Notes under the pieces: model-generated
The model's database searches: none
The model's input: only the letters and a program-made list of their open reading frames with translations
What the model was told of the DNA's origin: nothing
UHGV virus genome: UHGV-0144531
Strand: one strand, 5' to 3'
Origin: a virus
Length of the DNA stretch: 33,245 nucleotides
Part shown: positions 1-8,568 of the stretch, piece by piece
Layout of the letters: every line of letters begins with the position of its first letter
Position numbering within the stretch: position 1 is the stretch's first letter
Position numbers and translations under genes: made by a program

Positions 1-78
1 ATAAGGTAAGTGCCTTTTTGTGCCTTCCGTATCTTTTTCCTTGCGTCTTTGCAAGTATGGCCTTACCTTGTCTGCAAG

Positions 79-90
79 TTTACAAAATGG
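79..90. promoter_or_regulatory. Copy of recurrent motif TTTACAAAATGG upstream of the repressor gene
   Basis: tttacaaaatgg at 79-90; flanked by inverted TGCAAGT / ACTTGCA repeats. Confidence 0.4.
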
Positions 91-163
91 AATTTTAAGA
101 TCAAGGCTTAAAATACACGTTTTGTGACTTGCATCAAACTTTTTGAGGTTATAGGGTAGCGAC

Positions 164-811
164 ATGAAAACAAAATGGTATGACTTAGCAAAGCAGCTCA
201 TGCGGGCGCAGGGCATGAGCCAGGATTCACTCGCGGATCGTATGGGGATAACTAAAGGCGGCCTGTCACACTGGCTGAACGGTCGCCGAGAGCCAAATCT
301 TGAAGATATTGCGCGGATTATGCGCGAGCTTGGTCGTCGGCAGTTTACTGTTACACATGATGGCATGGTCATTGATGATTCTGTTTCTAATACACTTCAG
401 GCCGTGCCGCCGCGTGATTTAGGTAGTTACCCGGTTATTGACTGGAAGGACACAGTAAACAATATGGATGACGCAAGGCGTTCAGCATTACGACACGTTA
501 CGACTAGCGTTATTTGTTCAGATGACAGTTACTGGCTGGTTGCCAAAGGTGAATCAATGAACGCGCCGCAGGGGTTGAGCATCCCGGCGGGGACGATGAT
601 ACTTGTGGACCCGCACGCGCCAGCTATTGACGGCAAACTGGTTATAGCCCAGCTTGAGGAAGGGCAGATACCGACGTTTAAACAGTTGATTATTGATGGA
701 GGTCAAAGGCTTTTACGTTCGCTCAATCCGCTGTATCCGCCAATCCCTATGAATCCAGAATCAAAAATTATAGGCGTGGTGGTTGATGCGAAGATCGTAA
801 ACCTGCCATAA
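164..811 (+). CDS. LexA/CI-family transcriptional repressor (HTH plus S24 peptidase-like domain)
   Basis: 215 aa; N-terminal HTH-like segment (SQDSLADRMGITKGGLSHWLNG); C-terminal S24 autopeptidase signature (GESM serine, downstream lysine in FKQLII); followed by a terminator hairpin. Confidence 0.75.
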   Translation: MKTKWYDLAKQLMRAQGMSQDSLADRMGITKGGLSHWLNGRREPNLEDIARIMRELGRRQFTVTHDGMVIDDSVSNTLQAVPPRDLGSYPVIDWKDTVNNMDDARRSALRHVTTSVICSDDSYWLVAKGESMNAPQGLSIPAGTMILVDPHAPAIDGKLVIAQLEEGQIPTFKQLIIDGGQRLLRSLNPLYPPIPMNPESKIIGVVVDAKIVNLP

Positions 812-816
812 ACATT

Positions 817-842
817 AGCCGCCGAATGGCGGCTTTTCTTTG
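817..842 (+). terminator. Rho-independent terminator after the repressor gene
   Basis: agccgcc-gaat-ggcggct stem-loop followed by tttctttg. Confidence 0.6.
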
Positions 843-921
843 CCTGGAAAACACCAAAACGTAAACAGAAAACGTTATTTATTATTTAAATATCAATGGC
901 ATATAAAATATTTTAAAAAAG

Positions 922-933
922 TATACAAAATGG
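922..933. promoter_or_regulatory. Copy of recurrent motif TATACAAAATGG in the repressor / early operon intergenic region
   Basis: tatacaaaatgg at 922-933 within an AT-rich stretch. Confidence 0.4.
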
Positions 934-1311
934 ACTGACTCGATGTTTTACGGGGCGTATATTGCGAGTCAAAGGAAGGGCGCAGGTAACAAAAGCAACT
1001 TCCTGGCACTTTAAAAATCAGGCTTAACACCTTGTCAACCGTGGAGTAACTCCCCGATGGGGGACCGAAAGCGGCACTGATAACAAGGCGCATGGGGTGT
1101 TTAAAGCGTTACATCCCCCACGAAACCGCACGCAAGGCGACGAGTCAGCTTGCTTGGAGTGAGCAAGGTCACGCCGGGAACGGCGATGATTGCGGGATTA
1201 GTTGAAAGATGTTAAGCCGCTCATTAACAATCTGGTCAGCCGCTGGAAGTGCGGCAATTAACGAAGATGATTTTTTATTAAGTATCATCAAGGATATACG
1301 GAGATCAGATT

Positions 1312-1602
1312 ATGAGCGTTACAATTATATATGGTAAATGTGATAGCAAAATGAATGCCAGGGAACGCAGAAGGATAAAAAGAGAAAACGAAAGAAAATC
1401 ATCACCTGCAATCAATAAAACAGACAATGTGGATAAAGCTATTCGATTTGCAAACGAGGAAAGATGCAAACCAAATAGCATTAAAGAACGTCGCAAAGGA
1501 TCAGTAAAATGGTATACGGAAAATGAAAGCGGCAGCTACTACCACGCAACGCAACCACGCCATTTAGGGGAAAAACCCCTGGATAAAGTCCGCTACCATT
1601 AA
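1312..1602 (+). CDS. Hypothetical basic protein (96 aa)
   Basis: ORF with GGAG RBS upstream (ggagatcagattATG); Lys/Arg-rich; no family recognised. Confidence 0.45.
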   Translation: MSVTIIYGKCDSKMNARERRRIKRENERKSSPAINKTDNVDKAIRFANEERCKPNSIKERRKGSVKWYTENESGSYYHATQPRHLGEKPLDKVRYH

Positions 1603-1632
1603 TACAAAATGTAAACATCCGGAGGTGACATT

Positions 1633-1755
1633 ATGGTTATTCAGGCGCTTCAATTCAAACTGGCAGTAGCGGAAATGCTTCACGATGCCGAAATGTGGAG
1701 CGCCGCGAATAAAGCCTTATACATAGTGTTAACAGCACGGGAGATTAAATGGTGA
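1633..1755 (+). CDS. Small hypothetical protein (40 aa)
   Basis: Strong RBS (ggaggtgacattATG); overlaps erf start by 7 nt; below ORF-track size cutoff. Confidence 0.3.
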   Translation: MVIQALQFKLAVAEMLHDAEMWSAANKALYIVLTAREIKW

Positions 1756-2393
1756 AAACAGAGTTACATAAAAAGCTATGGACGATTCAGCAAACGCTGA
1801 ACGCGCCGAAAAATCAGCGTAATAATTTTGGTGGATATAATTACAGGTCGGCGGAGGATATTTTAGAGGCGGTTAAACCACTGCTTCAAAGTATTACGCT
1901 GACTGTAAGCGATGAAATTGTCCTGATCGGCAATCGCTATTATGTGAAAGCTACGGCGACGCTAAGCGACGGTGAAGACGAAATAGCGGTAACGGCTTAC
2001 GCCAGGGAAGAAGAAAGCAAGAAGGGAATGGACGCAAGCCAGCTAACAGGTGCGACATCAAGTTACGCGCGAAAATATGCTTTGAACGGTTTATTCTGCA
2101 TTGATGATGCGCGAGATCCTGATACTGACGCATACGCTAAGCAGACAGGCCAGCAGCCTCGCCAGCAGAAAAACCCACCAAAACAACAACCACAGCAGCA
2201 GAAAGCGCCGCCAAATCCTGATGAAGTATTAGCACGTTTCTGTGATGCAGCAGCGAAAGCGCAGGACGCTAACAAGCTGCGTGAAATATTTGGCAAATGC
2301 TGGAAATTACTACCGGAAGGATCGGAACATCGAATCAAGGCAAAAGATGTTTATGACATCCGGGTAGCAGAGCTTAACGGGGAGATGGGTTAA
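1749..2393 (+). CDS. erf: Erf-family single-strand annealing protein (essential recombination function)
   Basis: N-terminal region (LNAPKNQ..FGGYNYRSAEDILEAVKPL..DEIVLIGNRYYVKATAT..GATSSYARKYALNGLF) closely matches P22 Erf as I recall it. Confidence 0.9.
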   Translation: MVKTELHKKLWTIQQTLNAPKNQRNNFGGYNYRSAEDILEAVKPLLQSITLTVSDEIVLIGNRYYVKATATLSDGEDEIAVTAYAREEESKKGMDASQLTGATSSYARKYALNGLFCIDDARDPDTDAYAKQTGQQPRQQKNPPKQQPQQQKAPPNPDEVLARFCDAAAKAQDANKLREIFGKCWKLLPEGSEHRIKAKDVYDIRVAELNGEMG

Positions 2394-2797
2394 TGAGTTT
2401 AAATTCAATCACGCTGGGCGGGAATATCGGTAATGATATGGAGGTTCGCTACACACAAAACGGGAAAGCGATTGGTAGTTTTCCGTTAGCTGTAACGAAT
2501 GGCTACGGCGATAATAAGCGGACAATGTGGGTCACTTGCCTGGTATTTGGTGAGCGTGCGGAAAAATTAGCGCCACATATCCGCAAGGGTGGAAAAATAG
2601 TGGTAAGCGGTCGCCTGGATGTTCGGCAATATGACCGGAACGACGGCACGAAGGGAACGGCGGTAGAAGTGGCGGTTAACGAATTTGAATTCATGAACGT
2701 TAACCAACAAGGCCAGCAGCAGAAAGCGCCTCCGCAGCAGCAGAATAATAACGGGAATAATCCGCCGATGGACTTTGATGACGATATCCCGTTTTGA
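2393..2797 (+). CDS. ssb: Single-stranded DNA-binding protein
   Basis: OB-fold-like N-terminus, Gln/Pro-rich linker and acidic C-terminal tail ending DDDIPF; start overlaps erf stop. Confidence 0.85.
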   Translation: MSLNSITLGGNIGNDMEVRYTQNGKAIGSFPLAVTNGYGDNKRTMWVTCLVFGERAEKLAPHIRKGGKIVVSGRLDVRQYDRNDGTKGTAVEVAVNEFEFMNVNQQGQQQKAPPQQQNNNGNNPPMDFDDDIPF

Positions 2798-2812
2798 TCC
2801 AATAGGTTAGCG

Positions 2813-3091
2813 ATGGTTGATTATCTAAAACCGCCACCACCGCCACGAACAAAAGAGCAAGTATTAAAAGAAGCCCGTGATCAAATCGATCGCGGGCTTT
2901 TTTTATGCGGCACGGCAGCGGAACGGATGGCAAAAAGATTTAGTGACCTGTACGCAAAACAAATATGGTTCGACAACTGGCAGGCAAGTTTTTATCCGCT
3001 GCAAAGAAAACCGGATATGCACTGGCCTGAATATGTCGATCCACGTATGCGCAAATATCGCGGGCGTATGGGCCAGGTCATTAACGATTAA
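2813..3091 (+). CDS. Hypothetical protein (92 aa)
   Basis: ORF in co-directional early gene string; no family recognised. Confidence 0.5.
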   Translation: MVDYLKPPPPPRTKEQVLKEARDQIDRGLFLCGTAAERMAKRFSDLYAKQIWFDNWQASFYPLQRKPDMHWPEYVDPRMRKYRGRMGQVIND

Positions 3092-3103
3092 TGAGGTGTT
3101 ATC

Positions 3104-3328
3104 ATGATTGAAGAAAAAGAAGTAGATAAGGAAATTCCTGACGGTTGTGATGAGCTTATTTGTTTTGACGGCGGCCTGTATGAGTTCGAAACGTCTGCAG
3201 GGTGGCACGATAAATGGCCTAAGCCTACTCGCCAGGAATTAAGCGACCGTAAATCATTCGGCGAAGATGCCGAACGGCTGGCTAATAACAAATGGCTTGA
3301 TAAGTTAATTGCGGAGGGTGGCAAATGA
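3104..3328 (+). CDS. Hypothetical protein (74 aa)
   Basis: ORF with RBS-like GAGGTG upstream. Confidence 0.5.
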   Translation: MIEEKEVDKEIPDGCDELICFDGGLYEFETSAGWHDKWPKPTRQELSDRKSFGEDAERLANNKWLDKLIAEGGK

Positions 3329-3438
3329 GCTTTGCAAAAATTGCCGCATTGCTTGCGGCTTTATCTATCGCCGTGCTGTATCTCAGTGTATCTCTTTATA
3401 TCACGGTAGCGATCATTAAACTCATTACTAACATGTGA
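3325..3438 (+). CDS. Tiny hydrophobic peptide (37 aa, one predicted TM helix)
   Basis: MSFAKIAALLAALSIAVLYLSVSLYITVAIIKLITNM; ATG overlaps stop of upstream gene; below ORF-track cutoff. Confidence 0.35.
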   Translation: MSFAKIAALLAALSIAVLYLSVSLYITVAIIKLITNM

Positions 3439-3446
3439 GGCCAATC

Positions 3447-3566
3447 ATGAAAGTCGGTAAGGATATTGTGACTGTCGCGTTTTGCATTATTTGCTTCCTG
3501 TTTGTGGTTGTTTCTTGTGGCGCATTTGCTGCGTTGGTTAGCTTTATTTTTAGAGGATTGCCGTGA
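3447..3566 (+). CDS. Tiny hydrophobic peptide (39 aa, one predicted TM helix)
   Basis: MKVGKDIVTVAFCIICFLFVVVSCGAFAALVSFIFRGLP; stop overlaps next ATG. Confidence 0.35.
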   Translation: MKVGKDIVTVAFCIICFLFVVVSCGAFAALVSFIFRGLP

Positions 3567-3838
3567 TGAAAACATGGGATGCAAAGGCTGGTGATCTTGT
3601 TGTGTTGCCTGAATATCGTGATGACCCTGGCCTGGTTGTACTGAATAAGATATATAACGATCTCGAGCGCCCGCTAGTGGTTAAATACCTGGACGGAACA
3701 ATCATAGAACCGCGCTACTTTGATGAGATTGAACTAAAGGCCCACAATGTTCGCGTTAAGCCGTTCCGTGCTTATGTTGAAAACCACTGGCGGAAATTGT
3801 TCGCCGGACTGAATGGGATGTTTGGCGTATGGCTATAA
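3566..3838 (+). CDS. Hypothetical protein (90 aa)
   Basis: ORF with GAGG RBS; ATG at 3566 preferred over track GTG at 3563. Confidence 0.5.
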   Translation: MKTWDAKAGDLVVLPEYRDDPGLVVLNKIYNDLERPLVVKYLDGTIIEPRYFDEIELKAHNVRVKPFRAYVENHWRKLFAGLNGMFGVWL

Positions 3839-4020
3839 AATTAGTGAAAGTTAAAGACCTGAAAGGCGGCGAAAAGATCCGCACGTGGTATGGCTATAAA
3901 TTTATTGTCGCTGCCTTTTCTTTCGGGTCAGGGGGTCAAGTAACATTATTTGATGAAGAAGACGACGAGGTGGGTAAATGGCATCTTGAACAATATGTTG
4001 AGGTGTTAAATGAAAATTAA
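3829..4020 (+). CDS. Hypothetical protein (63 aa)
   Basis: ORF overlapping neighbours by a few nt, typical phage operon packing. Confidence 0.45.
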   Translation: MAIKLVKVKDLKGGEKIRTWYGYKFIVAAFSFGSGGQVTLFDEEDDEVGKWHLEQYVEVLNEN

Positions 4021-4342
4021 ATTACATAAGGCCTATGATAGCGAAACAAATAAGCTATCACTATTTATTGAGTTCGAACGCCGGATCGTGTGTGTACCGT
4101 GGGCGCGTCGCTTTAATGATGCAGCAGGGCGGCGACAGTTCGCGTTAGACATGTTGTTGCGCGGTTGCGGCCTTATGCGCCCGCTATCTGATTTAAAACG
4201 GATGATGCCTGGATCGTTCGGTCAGATTGATGAAATAGAAATAAGCCCGGAAGAACTGAAACGGGAGCGTGATTTATTCCTTTCAAGCGAAGGAAACCCG
4301 CTTAATTCAGAAACAGAAATGAAATGGCATCACCCACTATAA
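4010..4342 (+). CDS. Hypothetical protein (110 aa)
   Basis: ORF in early gene string. Confidence 0.5.
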   Translation: MKIKLHKAYDSETNKLSLFIEFERRIVCVPWARRFNDAAGRRQFALDMLLRGCGLMRPLSDLKRMMPGSFGQIDEIEISPEELKRERDLFLSSEGNPLNSETEMKWHHPL

Positions 4343-4355
4343 AAGGATAAATATC

Positions 4356-4976
4356 ATGAACGACATCAAAACAGCTTACTCTCTCGGTAATGAAGGTATG
4401 TTGATCACTCGCTATACAGATGATGCAAACTTTCACGAAGTGGAAATTAAAGATTATCACGAAGTATTGAAAGATATGGAAGCTGGCGCGTATGACGCTG
4501 ATTTGAATCTGGCGCTACAGATTGTTGATATTGTGATGGGGGCGTCAATCCGCGATTACGTGTCTTTAAGTATGGAAGAAAAAACATCGGTAGCGCGTTA
4601 TGTATTCTCTCTTACTTTTGTGAAGCGCATGGAGGAAGAATTCGGACGCGTACCAGTGCCGGAAGAGGTTGATCCGCTCGCGTTCGGAAGTGCTGTTATT
4701 TTCCCGTTGAACAAGGATCAGCTTTGTAGTGTTTCACTGCATTCTATGCGCGGCCTGATGAAAAATATCTTTGAGGTTAAGATGTTGCAGAAATACATTG
4801 AGGAAGGCCACAAAGAGGAAGAAGTAAAATCGCTCATGCCATTGTTTTACGGTGAAATGGTTGGCAATGATATGCGTGCAAATGATTTCGGCGTACAGGC
4901 GGCTATCGCTGTGCTTAATGACGCACGGAAAAACGCACAGCCGACGCCTGAACAGGGAAAACGTGTACTGCATTAA
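4356..4976 (+). CDS. Hypothetical protein (206 aa)
   Basis: Largest unassigned early ORF; no family recognised from sequence alone. Confidence 0.6.
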   Translation: MNDIKTAYSLGNEGMLITRYTDDANFHEVEIKDYHEVLKDMEAGAYDADLNLALQIVDIVMGASIRDYVSLSMEEKTSVARYVFSLTFVKRMEEEFGRVPVPEEVDPLAFGSAVIFPLNKDQLCSVSLHSMRGLMKNIFEVKMLQKYIEEGHKEEEVKSLMPLFYGEMVGNDMRANDFGVQAAIAVLNDARKNAQPTPEQGKRVLH

Positions 4977-4988
4977 CCGAGTAATTCC

Positions 4989-5038
4989 GATCACATAAAT
5001 ATACATTTTGTATTGTAATTGCATATCCATTTTGTAAG
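4989..5038. promoter_or_regulatory. Recurrent motif cluster: GATCACATAAAT plus two direct copies of CATTTTGTA
   Basis: Intergenic; gatcacataaat at 4989-5000, acattttgtatt at 5003-5014, ccattttgtaag at 5027-5038. Confidence 0.45.
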
Positions 5039-5075
5039 CCGAAATCAAAAGGTTTACGGTGCGGAGGAAGCAAAA

Positions 5076-5294
5076 ATGGAACGCGAATTGATGCTTTATT
5101 GCGTAGAAGGTGGCGTAGGTCACGATGCCTACGTCGCTGGGAAAGGCTATCCAGCCGATGAAGTGCTTTCTAATATGCACTTCCGGGAAAATGAAATCAG
5201 GGTGTCTGTGTGGAAACGGTGCATTGATGGTATTGAGGTTGTAAGTATCGAACGGTATTTAGGCACGTTTGATTATGGTGTTATTGAGGCTTAA
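5076..5294 (+). CDS. Hypothetical protein (72 aa)
   Basis: ATG at 5076 with GGAGGA RBS; track start 5019 would run through the motif cluster. Confidence 0.5.
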   Translation: MERELMLYCVEGGVGHDAYVAGKGYPADEVLSNMHFRENEIRVSVWKRCIDGIEVVSIERYLGTFDYGVIEA

Positions 5295-5392
5295 TTATGG
5301 ACGACACATTGTTTTATATGTGCTGTTGCTGGGGTTTTATTGCCTTATGCCTGTTTATTAGGTGGTTTATTGAATACCATATGAGGTGATGC

Positions 5393-5587
5393 ATGGAACA
5401 GGAAACTGATTATAGAATACCTGAAAACCTGAAGTTAGTAGGCATTGGTTTTGGTTGTAGTTTTGTATCTGACGCAAACGGGGCGATTTATTTAGTGCGC
5501 CTCATTGATGGCGTTCAGCATATAAGAAGGCTAGGACTTTACATCAAAGCATTCAGAAGAGGTTATTTAAAAGCTCATGAAGTTTAA
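5393..5587 (+). CDS. Hypothetical protein (64 aa)
   Basis: ORF in co-directional string. Confidence 0.4.
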   Translation: MEQETDYRIPENLKLVGIGFGCSFVSDANGAIYLVRLIDGVQHIRRLGLYIKAFRRGYLKAHEV

Positions 5588-5780
5588 ACACTATAAAGAA
5601 TGGAAAATTCCAGAAGCAGCGACAAAGGCAGCACCAGGAAATTTTTCTGGCGTTTATTTTTATATGGATGGCAAATGGTATTTCGGCAGCAGGCCGGATC
5701 ACTATTATCAGGAAATAATCAAGCCTCACGTATGGGATATTAAAGAGCGCGTGAAAGATGGAGTAATTGAGGACGTTTAA
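5577..5780 (+). CDS. Hypothetical protein (67 aa)
   Basis: ORF in co-directional string. Confidence 0.4.
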   Translation: MKFKHYKEWKIPEAATKAAPGNFSGVYFYMDGKWYFGSRPDHYYQEIIKPHVWDIKERVKDGVIEDV

Positions 5781-5781
5781 A

Positions 5782-6018
5782 ATGCTTAAGAGCTTTTTTA
5801 ACTGGTTGGGGGCGTGGCTTTTGGCTACGCTTTTTGTTTTCCTGGCGGCCCTGACTGTTATCGGTGTTATTATGCTGGGGGGTATGTTTATTACGTGGTC
5901 GCTGCCTGAATTTAACAACATTGGGAATATTCTTTTTGCAGCCCGCGCTTTATTGGCTGTGAGCGCATTCATTGGTTTTTGCTTGACTGCCGCGCCGGAT
6001 TGGGATGATACATGGTGA
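5782..6018 (+). CDS. Small membrane protein (about 2 TM helices)
   Basis: Hydrophobic stretches (WLGAWLLATLFVFLAALTVIGVIMLGG; ALLAVSAFIGFCL); ATG at 5782 with GAGG RBS. Confidence 0.45.
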   Translation: MLKSFFNWLGAWLLATLFVFLAALTVIGVIMLGGMFITWSLPEFNNIGNILFAARALLAVSAFIGFCLTAAPDWDDTW

Positions 6019-6256
6019 TCCTATGGCTTTATTCAATATGTCAGAGCCGCAATTTAACGCCGTAAAAACTGCCGCCCGCGCGGCGCTTTCGGCCTGCAAA
6101 GCGGAGGTGGAAAAGAACGGCTACAGCGATAAAGCCACGCGGCTGATATTAGACAAGCATTATCGCAAGGTCGCCCCGCTAATCAGTATCGAGCGTTTTG
6201 TCTGGCTGGTGGGGTATTTAAACAACCGATGGGGAACTGATCAGGATTATTTCTAA
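6005..6256 (+). CDS. Hypothetical protein (83 aa; alternative start 6023)
   Basis: ORF; start ambiguous between ATG 6005 and ATG 6023. Confidence 0.45.
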   Translation: MIHGDPMALFNMSEPQFNAVKTAARAALSACKAEVEKNGYSDKATRLILDKHYRKVAPLISIERFVWLVGYLNNRWGTDQDYF

Positions 6257-6265
6257 GGGGGCGTA

Positions 6266-6805
6266 ATGAAAAATGATTACGGCGGCAGCAACACGCCGAA
6301 AGAAATAAAAGACCTATGGCAGACGCCGAAACCTGTTTTTAGAGGAATGGATCTGGAATTCGAATTCGTCGCGGATGTGGCGGCAAACAAGGCAAACGCA
6401 TTAATACCGCGATATATAACCGAAGAAATGGACACGCTCCATTATCCGTGGGGAGCGGTGGCGATGCCTGGTGAGTATGTCTGGATGAATCCGCCATATT
6501 CTAATCCGGGGCCATTCGTTGATAAGGCGGCGCTTGAACATCAACGAAATCACATTGGCTGTGTAATGTTATTGCCCGCTGACATTTCTGTTAACTGGTT
6601 TATGAACGGCGTGGAGACGGCAAACGAATGCCGATTAATTACGCGCGGGCGGCTGGCTTTTATAAATGTCGCGACAGGGAAACCAGCAAGCGGAAACAAT
6701 AAAGGGAGCTTGTTCTTGATCTGGCATCCACGGTGCAGACATGAATGTATTTTCACGCAGATAACACGTAAAGAGCTATACGCGAGAGGCGCAAATAATG
6801 ACTAA
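6266..6805 (+). CDS. Phage Dam-type DNA N6-adenine methyltransferase
   Basis: N-terminal WQTPKPVF and catalytic NPPY motif (VWMNPPYSNPG) as in the phage Dam family; AGGGGG RBS. Confidence 0.75.
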   Translation: MKNDYGGSNTPKEIKDLWQTPKPVFRGMDLEFEFVADVAANKANALIPRYITEEMDTLHYPWGAVAMPGEYVWMNPPYSNPGPFVDKAALEHQRNHIGCVMLLPADISVNWFMNGVETANECRLITRGRLAFINVATGKPASGNNKGSLFLIWHPRCRHECIFTQITRKELYARGANND

Positions 6806-7298
6806 GGCAGCAGATTTATTAAGACTTGCATCAGAAACCATAGAGCAAAGAGGTAAGCAAAACGGCTACGACAAAAAAGAGGAAAAATCAGCGCCAAAAA
6901 TAGCCACTATTTACAACGCTAAGAAGGGGGCAGATTTAACCACGCTTGATGTATTAGATCTGCTAATTTGTCTCAAGGAGGCGCGTTTAGAGGCTATTTT
7001 GAGCAATAACAGCGATCCGACAGACACACTAATTGATTTAATTAGCTATAACGCGCTAAAAGCTGAGCAAATATTAACGGAACGTGAGGAAGAACAAAGA
7101 AAGAAACAGGCTGTTTTTGATATGCCGCTGAATGGTGGATTAATAAAAGATGAAGCTATAACCAGTTGTAAGGGATTGCCGCCTTCTATGCTTAACCCTC
7201 AATGTGGTTGCATTTCAACTCGACTTGATTTGAAGTTTGATAGAGCTGAAGCTATTCGTGATAAGAGGTACGATCCAAATGAAAAGGGTGACAATTGA
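6798..7298 (+). CDS. Hypothetical protein (166 aa)
   Basis: ORF between the two methyltransferase genes; no family recognised. Confidence 0.5.
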   Translation: MTKAADLLRLASETIEQRGKQNGYDKKEEKSAPKIATIYNAKKGADLTTLDVLDLLICLKEARLEAILSNNSDPTDTLIDLISYNALKAEQILTEREEEQRKKQAVFDMPLNGGLIKDEAITSCKGLPPSMLNPQCGCISTRLDLKFDRAEAIRDKRYDPNEKGDN

Positions 7299-7782
7299 CA
7301 GGTTATTAGCCTGCGTTTATGTCGCCGTTTTCGTGATCATCAATCTTATTGTTAACCACTGTGGCCCGTGGGTAATTCCGATCACCACGGTATCCGCAGT
7401 GTGTGTCAATATGATGATCCGTGACTTCTTGTTATATGACGGCGGCCTGAAATGGTCGGCTACAACATGCGCCGCCGCTGGCGCAATTACGGTGCTGATA
7501 AACTATGATGCAGGAATGGTGGCGATCGCGTCATTCGTTGCGGTTGTTTCCGGTGCGCTTATTTCTGGCGGCGTTTACCGTGTTTTACCTGGTGATTTCG
7601 ATTCGAAACGCTGGCCTGCAAATATAGCTTCAGCTATCGGCGATGCGTTAATTTTTCCCACGCTATCGTTTATGGCATTTATGCCGGAAATATCAGCTAT
7701 TCAATTCATCTCAAAAATGGCAGCGGTAACGGTGATCACTATCATCATGCGCCGCTATTTTACGTTTGAGGGCAGAAAATGA
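7279..7782 (+). CDS. Integral membrane protein (multi-TM), function unknown
   Basis: Several hydrophobic helices; weak, unverified resemblance to YhhQ/DUF165-type transporters. Confidence 0.45.
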   Translation: MKRVTIDRLLACVYVAVFVIINLIVNHCGPWVIPITTVSAVCVNMMIRDFLLYDGGLKWSATTCAAAGAITVLINYDAGMVAIASFVAVVSGALISGGVYRVLPGDFDSKRWPANIASAIGDALIFPTLSFMAFMPEISAIQFISKMAAVTVITIIMRRYFTFEGRK

Positions 7783-8537
7783 GCGGGCTTAAAAATTGGG
7801 TGGTGTGGTCGTTGTACGACGGCAGCGGGTACGCCGTTAAAGATTGGGCTGACGCTGGCTATAAGTGTTATTGCTTCAACTATGACGGCGCTAACCACGG
7901 CGACTATGAAGGCGTAAAAATCATTCATCCGAATATTGAATACGTTAACGTATGGATTAACAGCCATTTCCTGGTGATGTTCTCCCCTGAATTGTCTGTT
8001 TATCCAGAGCCTGACATTATTCTGGCCTTCCCGCCATGCGACCATCTAGCCGTGTCCGGCGCTCGTTGGTTTACCAGCAAGCGTGAAAAAGATCCTGACT
8101 TCCAGGTGAAGGCGGCATATAACGCAAAACTGGTAGAAACGCTGGCTGACATGTATCACGTCCCGTGGATGGTGGAAAATCCGGTTGGCGCACTGTCAAC
8201 GTTATGGCGTAAGCCGGATTTTATCTTCAATCCGTGCGCTTACGGTGGATACCTGCCTGAAGATGATAAACATCCTGCTTTTCCTGATGTTTACCCGCCG
8301 CGCGACGCGTACACGAAGAAAACTTGTATCTGGTGCGGCAACGGATTTAAACAGCCGCTTTTTAGACCTGTAGATCTTAACTCTGATGATAACCCTGGCT
8401 GGGCGAAAACTGGAGGCCGGACGAAACGAACAAAGATGATCCGCTCGCTAACGCCGCGCGGCTTCGCCATCGCTGTATTCCTGGCTAACGACCGGGCAAT
8501 CACGCGGACTACGCTTAACCGCGTTTTACCGGAGTGA
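7779..8537 (+). CDS. Putative DNA (cytosine-5) methyltransferase
   Basis: Motif IV-like PPC (AFPPCDHLAVSG) and motif VI-like ENx (MVENPVG); 252 aa; GAGGG RBS. Confidence 0.55.
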   Translation: MSGLKNWVVWSLYDGSGYAVKDWADAGYKCYCFNYDGANHGDYEGVKIIHPNIEYVNVWINSHFLVMFSPELSVYPEPDIILAFPPCDHLAVSGARWFTSKREKDPDFQVKAAYNAKLVETLADMYHVPWMVENPVGALSTLWRKPDFIFNPCAYGGYLPEDDKHPAFPDVYPPRDAYTKKTCIWCGNGFKQPLFRPVDLNSDDNPGWAKTGGRTKRTKMIRSLTPRGFAIAVFLANDRAITRTTLNRVLPE

Positions 8538-8568
8538 AGTTTACGGAATGGCGTCATTGCGTGATGAA

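Noticed and set aside
110-121. 11-mer GACTTGCATCA occurring at 111-121 and again at 6826-6836
   Set aside because: The second copy is inside a coding sequence. Two occurrences with no further pattern could be chance; noted but not called a site.
4734-5180. Minus-strand ORFs listed in the track (for example 4734-5180, 5553-5972, 11650-12024, 12340-12741, 31673-32161, 32231-32632 and many shorter ones)
   Set aside because: They lie antisense to well-supported plus-strand genes, lack convincing RBS context and would break the uniform gene orientation. Treated as shadow ORFs.
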